Assembly (NCBI GenBank): GCA_024640705.1
Contig: JAHEEJ010000004.1
Coordinates: 1-34,639, forward strand
Source: Deltaproteobacteria bacterium
Lineage (GTDB): Bacteria > Myxococcota_A > UBA9160 > SMWR01
Direction: 5' to 3'
Length of the DNA stretch: 34,639 nucleotides
Shown here: in pieces, positions 27,195 to 34,639 of the stretch
Position numbering within the stretch: position 1 is the stretch's first letter
Layout: the number at the start of each line of letters is the position of its first letter
Program-made: the position numbers and the translations under genes
Notes under the pieces: model-generated
Told to the model about the DNA's origin: nothing
Seen by the model: only the letters and a program-made list of their open reading frames with translations
Databases searched by the model: none

Positions 27195-28652
27195 TTAGCG
27201 CCCGCGGAGCAGGGTGTCGGTGGTGGTCATTTCCTGGAGTTCGGATCGCGAGGGGGGCGTTGATCTCACGTCGTAGGATTCGCGGCGCCAGCCGCTGCCG
27301 CCGTTCGCTGCGCGGTAGTAGACGGCCGCGACCGGATCGAATACGAGGGCGCGGTCGGCGCCCGACCGATCGGGGTAGTTCACGACGTCGCCGCTGAAGC
27401 GGTGCACGGGGATCCCGATGTCGACGATCAGTCCTCCACTCCGACGGCTGATCAGGTAGAGGGGCAGGTGGGTTTGATGGTCGACGTAGATGATCAGGGT
27501 GTCGAAGCCCTGTTCGCGGTCGCGGGTCTTGCCCTCGATGACGGCCGCATAGCGCACTTCCCAGCGATCGCTTCCCAGCGCTAGACCCGACGTTCCGTAG
27601 TTGCGGATCGGATTTTCGGGGTAGCCCGCGCGGGCTCCGTTGATCGGCGCCAATACCTCGCGCATGCCGCGCAGCCGCCACCGATAGGCGTTGGGTCGAA
27701 TCGAGAGATCGTTGAATCCAACCGCGAGGTGCTCGGTGGTCGCGTGCGAGAGTGCGGACGAGAGGCTCACGGCCCCCGTCGGCGCGTAACCGCCGGAATC
27801 GGTGGCGACGCTCCCACCGCTTCCGCTGTCTCCCGCGCGATAACTCGGGGTGTACAACCCATCGACCCAGGTCGTCGCAGCCCTGCGAACCTTCCGCATC
27901 GACGGTGCGTATACGAAGGTGTCGTCCGGATCCGAAAATCGCTGATCGGCTTCGATGGATCGCATCTGCCGCCAGGCGAGGTGCCGCGCGTCTGACGGGG
28001 TGTCGAACCGCCCACCGCTGATCCAGAGTTTTTCCTCCGACCCCGGTTGTGCGAATGCGCTATCGGCCAGGTCCGCTCGGTGGCTGGTTCGCAGCTGAAA
28101 GAACTCGCCGGTGTAGACCTGCACTCCGCCCGCCCGACTCGGCATGTCGGTGATCCGGAAGTGGCCCCGCGGGCCCGCTTCGCGATTGCGGTATTCCAGG
28201 TTCCAGGCCCACTTCGTTCCGGCCGCGGGGTCGTCCGTGGCGATGGACTCGGGTGGGAACGGCGTGCCGGCCACATAACCCTGGAGATTTCCGTCGGCGT
28301 CGAGCCGGACCTGCGCCGCAAAGCGCTTCGTCGCGTCGGCAAAATAGGCCGGCAAGGGATAGCGCCGATGGCAGGGGCCGATCTCCATCAGCATTCCCGC
28401 GGAGAAGAAGGCGTTGCGGTGGCTCCAAACTTCTGCGGGAATGAGTTCGCGCAACGCAGGAAGGTCGCTGTATTCCAGCGCAGACCCTTCGCGGATGAGT
28501 GTCGGGCTTGCGTCCTCGCTGGCGCTTTCGCCGCTTCGCCCACCCGATCTGGGGCAGTCGCCCTCGTCGGGGACCTCGGCGTCCGCGCTCGCCACGAACA
28601 GCACGAGAGCGGCGAGGATTCGCACAGCAGGGGTGAAGGGCGCGGGTCGCAC
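27195..28652 (-). CDS. DUF1329 family exported protein
   Basis: GTG start with GGAGG RBS. Signal ...ILAALVLFVASADA. Motifs YVAGTPFP...DDPAAGTKWAWN and DDTFVYAPSMRKVRRA. Confidence 0.8.
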   Translation of the reverse strand: MRPAPFTPAVRILAALVLFVASADAEVPDEGDCPRSGGRSGESASEDASPTLIREGSALEYSDLPALRELIPAEVWSHRNAFFSAGMLMEIGPCHRRYPLPAYFADATKRFAAQVRLDADGNLQGYVAGTPFPPESIATDDPAAGTKWAWNLEYRNREAGPRGHFRITDMPSRAGGVQVYTGEFFQLRTSHRADLADSAFAQPGSEEKLWISGGRFDTPSDARHLAWRQMRSIEADQRFSDPDDTFVYAPSMRKVRRAATTWVDGLYTPSYRAGDSGSGGSVATDSGGYAPTGAVSLSSALSHATTEHLAVGFNDLSIRPNAYRWRLRGMREVLAPINGARAGYPENPIRNYGTSGLALGSDRWEVRYAAVIEGKTRDREQGFDTLIIYVDHQTHLPLYLISRRSGGLIVDIGIPVHRFSGDVVNYPDRSGADRALVFDPVAAVYYRAANGGSGWRRESYDVRSTPPSRSELQEMTTTDTLLRGR

Positions 28653-28710
28653 CGAACCTCCGTGGGGGCGGTGCCGATTCTATCGTACCCTTTTGGCCGC
28701 AGAGGTTTTC

Positions 28711-29700
28711 ATGGCGCGACGTTCCGTCGGTTTTCCGCTCACGCTGGGATTCGTCCTCGCCATCCTGGCCGTGGTTCTCGCCGTCGTGTACTGGGTCCTG
28801 GTGCTCGGCGACGTGCGCCCGATTGCACCGTCGGGGCTCGGGACGCTCGGCTGGATCCTGCTCGCTCTGGGCACGACGTTCTTCTTGCTCATCATCGTCG
28901 GAACGGGCTGGCTGTGCGCCTGGTTGGTGAGCGAGATGCGGGTGAATCAGCGTCAGCGGGCTTTCCTCGACGCCGTGACCCATGAAATGAAGACGCCACT
29001 CGCTTCGATGCGTCTCTACGTCGAAACCCTGCTGCGACACGATCCCGAGCGCGAACGCCGCGAGCAATTCCTGACGCGCATGGACGAAGACCTCGAGCGC
29101 CTCGATCGAACCGTCGACCAGGTGTTGGCGGCCGCCCGCGCCGAGGAGCCCCGCCGCCGCTCCGAGCGCGGCGTGGTCGCGCTCCGGGGAATTCTCGAAT
29201 CGTGCATCGACGAAATTCGGGATCGGCACCTGCTACCGCGAGACGCGGTCGTGCTGGATGAGGCGTGCGATCCAATCGTTCGGGGCGACCGCACCGAACT
29301 CTCCGTCGTCTTTCGCAACCTGCTGGAGAATGCCGTCAAGTACTCGGACGAACCCGTAGAGGTGAGAGTCTGCATTTCGGGTCCCAGAGAAGGCCGCGTT
29401 CGCGTCGAAATCTCCGACCGCGGCATCGGGATCCCGGCCGGTGAATTGAGAAAGATCTTCCAGCGTTTCTACCGGGCCGGCCGAGACGTCCAACGCGCGG
29501 CGGCGGGTCTGGGATTGGGATTGTTCATCGTTCGTAATCTCGTGCGGCGCCAGGGCGGTCGCGTCGAGGCGCGCAGCGAAGGCAGCGGTGCGGGAAGCCG
29601 GTTCGTGGTGACGCTGCGGGCTGCCCGCGCAGTGACCGGTTCGAAATCGACCGAATCCGCCACGCGCGGGCGTCCAGTTGACCGGGTTGCACCGCATTGA
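28711..29700 (+). CDS. Membrane-bound sensor histidine kinase (HisKA + HATPase_c)
   Basis: ATG 28711. Two TM helices with a very short loop. H-box VTHEMKTPL, N-box NLLENAVKYS, G1 DRGIGI, F-box IFQRFYR, G2 GLGLGL. Confidence 0.93.
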   Translation: MARRSVGFPLTLGFVLAILAVVLAVVYWVLVLGDVRPIAPSGLGTLGWILLALGTTFFLLIIVGTGWLCAWLVSEMRVNQRQRAFLDAVTHEMKTPLASMRLYVETLLRHDPERERREQFLTRMDEDLERLDRTVDQVLAAARAEEPRRRSERGVVALRGILESCIDEIRDRHLLPRDAVVLDEACDPIVRGDRTELSVVFRNLLENAVKYSDEPVEVRVCISGPREGRVRVEISDRGIGIPAGELRKIFQRFYRAGRDVQRAAAGLGLGLFIVRNLVRRQGGRVEARSEGSGAGSRFVVTLRAARAVTGSKSTESATRGRPVDRVAPH

Positions 29701-29733
29701 GATGCTTTTGCTGGTTGGGGGCGGGTGGTTGTC

Positions 29734-30450
29734 ATGGGTGGAGAGCGGGTGCACAGGATCCTGATCGTCGAAGACGAGTCTCACCTCGCGGAGGGGCTGC
29801 GTTTCAACCTCGAGGCCGAGGGCTACGCGGTCGAGATTGCAGAGGACGGCCCCGCCGGCGAGAAGGCGCTGAACGAAGCCAGCGAGCCCTTCGGCCTGGT
29901 GATTCTCGATGTGATGTTGCCGGGTATGAGTGGATTCGAGTTGGCGCAGCGCATCCGGGCCGCGGGAAATTTCGTGCCCATCCTGATTCTCACCGCCAAG
30001 GACGACTCCCAGGATCTGATTCGGGGAATCGAAGACGGTGCGGATGATTACCTGACGAAACCCTTCCATCTCGATGAGCTGCTGGCGCGCGTGCGCGGCC
30101 TGCTGCGCCGGCGCCGATGGGATGGCGTGGACCCCAAAGGCGATTCGATGCGATCCTTCGAGATCGGCGCGGCCACGGTCCACTTCGACCGTTTCGAACT
30201 CGAGACGCCGAACGGGGTGGTCGAGTTGACGGTTCGCGAGATGGGCCTGCTTCGGGCCCTGATCGATCGCGAGGGTGAGATCGTCAGCCGCGGAGATCTG
30301 CTGCAAGACGTGTGGGGGCTGCGCGCCGATACGAAGACCCGCGTGGTCGACAGCTTCATCGTGCGCCTGCGCCGCTACGTGGAGCCGAATCCGGCCCACC
30401 CGAAGCACATCGTCTCCGTTCGAGGCCACGGCTACCGCCTGCACCGTTAG
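29734..30450 (+). CDS. OmpR/PhoB family response regulator
   Basis: ILIVEDE, ILDVMLPGMSG (phospho-Asp), LTAK, GADDYLTKPF; winged helix TRVVDSFIVRLRRYVE...VRGHGY. Start ATG 29734 or GTG 29749. Confidence 0.95.
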   Translation: MGGERVHRILIVEDESHLAEGLRFNLEAEGYAVEIAEDGPAGEKALNEASEPFGLVILDVMLPGMSGFELAQRIRAAGNFVPILILTAKDDSQDLIRGIEDGADDYLTKPFHLDELLARVRGLLRRRRWDGVDPKGDSMRSFEIGAATVHFDRFELETPNGVVELTVREMGLLRALIDREGEIVSRGDLLQDVWGLRADTKTRVVDSFIVRLRRYVEPNPAHPKHIVSVRGHGYRLHR

Positions 30451-30465
30451 GAGATCCGCGCGAGA

Positions 30466-30717
30466 TCAGCCGAGTTCGATCGACTCCTCGATCAGCATGA
30501 CCGGTATGCCATCGTCGATTGGATAGAGGATCCTGCCGTCTTCGCGGACGAGGCCCTCGGCGATCGGTGAGCTGACGCGCTGCCCGCCGCGGTTGCGCAG
30601 GCGCTCCTCGGCGATTTCGGCGTTGAGCTTCGCCAGGATGGCTTCGGAAGCCAGCGTGACGGGTTGCCGGGTCTCCGGACAGACGAGTATTTCGAGCAGA
30701 TCCGAACTGATGGGCAT
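30466..30717 (-). CDS. Trm112/YcaR-like small protein
   Basis: LLEILVCPETRQPV at the N-terminus and YPIDDGIPVMLIEESI at the C-terminus; 83 aa. Confidence 0.85.
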   Translation of the reverse strand: MPISSDLLEILVCPETRQPVTLASEAILAKLNAEIAEERLRNRGGQRVSSPIAEGLVREDGRILYPIDDGIPVMLIEESIELG

Positions 30718-31344
30718 GCAACGATCCTCCTACAGCCTAGATGGGGGCGCCCTCAACGCCGGGCCGCAGATCCCCTCGCCAGACAATACTTCGAACGCGT
30801 CGGTCCGGCGGCTCGCTCCAGCCACCGAACCGCTAGAGCCGCTGTTTATAGCATCGAAGATGTTGAATTCATTTAAGAAATTTGGAGCGGCGCGCCCTTT
30901 TCCAGACGCTCAACCTCCGCTGTTTCGGGACCGGAGCGTCTCTCTGCCGCTCAGGCCTGGAATCAAACAGCGGTTGATTTTGATCGCGCGGCTTCGATCG
31001 AGCGCCCACGGCGCTCCCCCCTGTTCCGAAAACTCGGAAATCCAGCCGAACGGCTGAAACCGAATCCAATCGCCTTGACTAGTCCCACCTTCCTGTAGTA
31101 TCCCACGGCCCGTCAACGGCCCGTCTTGGAACATCCTTCGGGTGGCTCCCGGCTGTTCTGCCCTCTTGGCAATCACGTTTCGAGCGGTTCCGCTGGGTTC
31201 CGGATCAAAACGTGGGAATCGCAAAGAGAACGGAAGGGCGAGACGCGGTGTTGCTTGGATCGTCGCGGCGTCGGCGATGGGTCTGCGAAAAACTCGTAGG
31301 CCAACTTGGGATTCGATACTCCTGAAGGGGCCGGCAGTTCGCGC

Positions 31345-32088
31345 ATGACCACCAATCATCCGAGGTGTCGCCACCTCCTCACCACTCCTGTCGGGATCGC
31401 CGCAATCGCTGTTGCGGCATTCGCAGCGCTGCTTCCCGCGCTCGCGCTGGCCGCGGGAGCAGAGGCCCTCGTCGCGACCAGTGTCTGCGAAGCGCACGAA
31501 CTCCGGGCGCTCCAGGAAAAGGACCCCGATCTCAAAATCGAGATCCCGAAGAAATTCGATACCCCGTGGCCGAGTCGCGACGCATGCCTTTCCCACGCCG
31601 CTGCGCTCGATGAAGACACGCCCGGGCTCGTACAGCCGATTCCCTTCAGCCACAAGCATCACGCGGGCAAGTTCAAGATCGACTGTCAGTACTGCCATTC
31701 CGGCACGGACTGGAGTCCTGCGGCCGGGGTTCCCCCCGTCGAACTCTGCATGGGCTGCCACAGCCAGTTTCCCGCGAGCTACGACGAGCTTTCGGGCATC
31801 CGTACGCTGAAGGAGCACTGGGAAAAAAAGGAGCCGATCGAGTGGCTCCAGGTGCACCGGCTTCCGGAACACGTCCAGTTCCGCCACAACCGGCACCTCC
31901 AGGCAGAGCCGCCAGTGGATTGCCAGCTGTGCCATGGGCTCGTCCAGGAATTCGACAAGGTTTTCGTTTTCGAAGATACGAAGCGCTGGCCCTGGGGCTT
32001 GCCCACCCGGACGCTCGAGATGGGTTGGTGCATTCAATGTCACCGCGAGAAGAAGGTTTCACAGGATTGTTACACCTGCCACTACTAG
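31345..32088 (+). CDS. actA: Pentaheme c-type cytochrome, ActA/QrcA-like subunit of alternative complex III
   Basis: Five CxxCH motifs (CQYCH, CMGCH, CQLCH, CIQCH, CYTCH); QPIPFSHKHHAG; PIEWLQVHRLPEHVQFRH; MGWC. Directly upstream of an ActB-like gene. Confidence 0.85.
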   Translation: MTTNHPRCRHLLTTPVGIAAIAVAAFAALLPALALAAGAEALVATSVCEAHELRALQEKDPDLKIEIPKKFDTPWPSRDACLSHAAALDEDTPGLVQPIPFSHKHHAGKFKIDCQYCHSGTDWSPAAGVPPVELCMGCHSQFPASYDELSGIRTLKEHWEKKEPIEWLQVHRLPEHVQFRHNRHLQAEPPVDCQLCHGLVQEFDKVFVFEDTKRWPWGLPTRTLEMGWCIQCHREKKVSQDCYTCHY

Positions 32089-32127
32089 GCGGTGGCTGAC
32101 TGGGGAAGTCCCCGGGGATAGGAATTG

Positions 32128-34639
32128 ATGGCCGAAATTGATCGTCGCAATTTTCTGAAGCTCGTCGGTGTGAGTGCCGGCGCAGCTGCGGCCAGCGGTT
32201 GCAGTGATCCCGTTCAGAAGCTGATCCCCTATGTCGTTCAACCCGAAGAGATCACTCCGGGCATTGCGGTCATCTACGCGTCGACCTGCCAGGAGTGCCC
32301 GGCGGGCTGCGGACTTCACGTGCGCACCCGCGAAGGTCGCCCGATCAAGCTCGAGGGGAATCCCGATCATCCGGTCAACCGGGGCGCGCTGTGCGCCCGC
32401 GGGCAGGCCAGCATCGGCCGAACCTATCTGCCGGATCGCTATCCGGGGCCGCTGAAGCGCGAGACGGATGGCGGGCTTGTGCCCATCACCTGGGAAGAGG
32501 CGCACGCGCTGATGGCTGAGAAAGCCGCTGCCGCGGGCGACAGAACCCATGTCCTCGGCGGATCGGTGGGGCCGACACTGAGCGGCGTGATCGATCAATG
32601 GATCGCCGCGGTGGGAGCCGGCGGGCGCACCGTCTACGAGCCGTTCGATTACACGGCGCTGAAGGAAGCTTCGAGCTCCGTCTTCGGCGTTGCGAGCCAG
32701 CCGCGTTTCGATCTTTCGCAAGCCGACTTGGTCATCGACTTCGGTTCCGACTTCCTCGAGAGCTGGACGTCGCCCGTCGAACACGGACGGCAGTTTGCGG
32801 CTGCGCGGCGGGTCGACCAGGAAGGTGGTGGAGCCCGACTCGTGTACGTCGGACCGCGGCTCACGCTCACTGCCGGCAATGCCGACGAGTGGTTGCCCGC
32901 GAAGCCCGGCAGCGAAGGCGTGCTCGCGCTCGGCATCGCGCGCGCGGCGCTCGACGCGGCGCGGAGCAGTGGTGCAGAAGTTCCCGATGCGGATCGGCTC
33001 CGCGGAATTCTCAGCGGCTATGGCGCGAACTCCGTTTCGACGATCGCGGAAGTTCCCGCAGCGACGATCCGGAAGCTCGGCAAGGCAATGCTCGCCGCCG
33101 ACCGACCCGTTGCTCTGCCGCCGGGCGTCGCGCTGACGAGTCAGCGCGCCACGGCCACGACGGCTGCGGTCCTGATCCTCAACGCGGTGGTCGGAGCGAT
33201 CGGCAAAACCGTCTTCGTGGTGCCCGACGGAAACGCGGCCGATCAGGTTGCGAGCTTCCGAGAGATGACCCAGCTCGTCAAACGGATGAATGCGGGATCC
33301 ATCTCGCTGCTGCTGATCCACGATTCGAACCCCGTCTACTCGATGCCCGGCGATTCGGGCTTTGCGGCGGCTCTCGAGAAGGTCGACTTCGTGATCTCGA
33401 CCGCCTCCGGGCCCGACGAAACCAGTGAGCGAGCGGATCTGATCCTTCCCGACCACACGCCGATGGAATCCTGGGGAGATCACGCCCCGCGACCGGGTGT
33501 GCGTTCGCTCATCCAGCCGACCGTTCGCCCGCTGTACGACACCCGCGCGTTCGGCGACACGCTGATCGAGTCCGCCAAGGTGATGGGCGAAGCCGTTGCC
33601 GCCGAGTTGCCGAGCGGAAGCTTCCGCACGGTTCTCGAAGAGGCGTGGTCCGATACCGACTTCCGCGCGGCGCTCGCCGCGGGTGGCGTGTTCGGCGAAG
33701 AGGCCGCGGCTGGCACGCTGACACTCGCAACGGGTATTTCGAGCCTCAGTTTCAAGGAGCCCCGCTTCGAAGGGGAAGGCCCGTTCGTGCTGCTTCCGGT
33801 TCCCTCCCCGCTGCTTTCCGACGGGCGCAGTGCGAATCTGCCGTGGCTGCAGGAAACGCCCGACCCGGTCATGAAGGTGACCTGGAACTCGTGGGCCGAG
33901 ATCAGCCACGCGTCCGCAGAGACGCTCGGCGTCGAATACGGCGACGTGCTCGCCGTTCGGACGAGTGCGGGCGTGGTCGAGTTGCCGGTCGTGCCGAGAG
34001 GCGGAATCCGAGACGACGTCATCGCGATTGCGATCGGCCAGGGTCACAACGTCGGCTTCTACGCTTCGCGCGTCGAAGCTGGCAAAGCCGGTGGAACGCG
34101 CGGCGTGAACGTGATCTCGATCCTGCCCGCGCTGACCGACGAATCGGGAGGCCGCGCCTGGTTGACGGCGCGCGCCAGCGTGCGCGCAACCGGAGCCCAC
34201 CGCCGGATCGCCAAGACGCAGGAGTTCGACAACAAGCGCGGCCGCCAACTCGGCGAATCCGTCTCGCTCCTCGCACTCGCAGAGGGCGCCAAGGCTGCGG
34301 AATCGCAAGGCGACGGCCACGCTGGCGGCCACGGCGAGAGCCAGGCCGACGCGCACGGAGGCGGGCACGGCGGAGGCCACGAGATTCTCAAGCCCTTCGA
34401 CCCCGTGGACGACAGCACCGCGGCAAGCGAATACCGCTGGGGGATGGCGATCGACCTCGATCGCTGCAACGGCTGTAGCGCGTGCATCGTCGCGTGTTCG
34501 ATCGAGAACAACGTGCTCACGGTGGGCGAGGAGATGGTCCTGCTCGATCGCCAGATGCAATGGCTGCGGATCGAGCGTTTCATCGGCGACGGCTACCAGG
34601 AACTCGTCACGGGCCGCAACCTTCCGACGGATCACGAAG
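32128..34639 (+). CDS. actB: 3'-truncated Tat-exported molybdopterin-oxidoreductase-like protein fused to a 4Fe-4S domain (ActB-like)
   Basis: Absent from the ORF track because it has no stop in the window. Manual translation: MAEIDRRNFLKLVGVSAGAAAASGCSDPVQKLIPYV...STCQECPAGCG...GRPIKLEGNPDHPVNRGALCARGQ; later in the same frame DGRSANLPWLQETPDP and YRWGMAIDLDRCNGCSACIVACSIENN..QWLRIER. Confidence 0.88.
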   Translation, partial: MAEIDRRNFLKLVGVSAGAAAASGCSDPVQKLIPYVVQPEEITPGIAVIYASTCQECPAGCGLHVRTREGRPIKLEGNPDHPVNRGALCARGQASIGRTYLPDRYPGPLKRETDGGLVPITWEEAHALMAEKAAAAGDRTHVLGGSVGPTLSGVIDQWIAAVGAGGRTVYEPFDYTALKEASSSVFGVASQPRFDLSQADLVIDFGSDFLESWTSPVEHGRQFAAARRVDQEGGGARLVYVGPRLTLTAGNADEWLPAKPGSEGVLALGIARAALDAARSSGAEVPDADRLRGILSGYGANSVSTIAEVPAATIRKLGKAMLAADRPVALPPGVALTSQRATATTAAVLILNAVVGAIGKTVFVVPDGNAADQVASFREMTQLVKRMNAGSISLLLIHDSNPVYSMPGDSGFAAALEKVDFVISTASGPDETSERADLILPDHTPMESWGDHAPRPGVRSLIQPTVRPLYDTRAFGDTLIESAKVMGEAVAAELPSGSFRTVLEEAWSDTDFRAALAAGGVFGEEAAAGTLTLATGISSLSFKEPRFEGEGPFVLLPVPSPLLSDGRSANLPWLQETPDPVMKVTWNSWAEISHASAETLGVEYGDVLAVRTSAGVVELPVVPRGGIRDDVIAIAIGQGHNVGFYASRVEAGKAGGTRGVNVISILPALTDESGGRAWLTARASVRATGAHRRIAKTQEFDNKRGRQLGESVSLLALAEGAKAAESQGDGHAGGHGESQADAHGGGHGGGHEILKPFDPVDDSTAASEYRWGMAIDLDRCNGCSACIVACSIENNVLTVGEEMVLLDRQMQWLRIERFIGDGYQELVTGRNLPTDHE

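Noticed and set aside
32059-34635. 858-aa minus-strand ORF
   Set aside because: Antisense shadow of the ActB-like gene, which carries all recognisable motifs on the + strand.

Overview
GC-rich bacterial window; the protein families (PEP-CTERM proteins, TSP3/dockerin-like tails, DUF1302/DUF1329, alternative complex III-type genes) suggest a diderm such as Myxococcota/deltaproteobacteria, which is an inference. 1-11.3 kb is an accessory cell-surface locus: a tightly packed + strand operon (5'-truncated secreted Cys-rich protein, filamentous-haemagglutinin-type TpsA, two PEP-CTERM proteins, signal-peptide TPR-CHAT protease) converging on an FhaC/ShlB-type TpsB. 11.5-22.3 kb is mostly housekeeping: Na+/alanine symporter, xth, speA, hisS, FG-GAP lipoprotein, HIT protein, and topoisomerase III with a histone-like tail. 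22.6-28.7 kb holds a very large Cys-rich DUF1302-like outer-membrane barrel converging on a DUF1329-like gene. A two-component pair, a Trm112-like gene and the start of an ActA/ActB (ACIII or Qrc-like) respiratory operon follow; ActB runs off the end and is missing from the ORF track. The strongest unexplained signal is a ~300-nt element at 18598-18895 between convergent genes: two 20-22 bp hairpins whose loops are complementary to each other, nested in further stems, with G-U pairs favouring the + strand. It is a candidate undescribed structured RNA or REP-doublet element. A second 141-nt rod-like hairpin lies at 27052-27192 and favours the - strand. All family calls are from motif recognition by eye; no searches were run.
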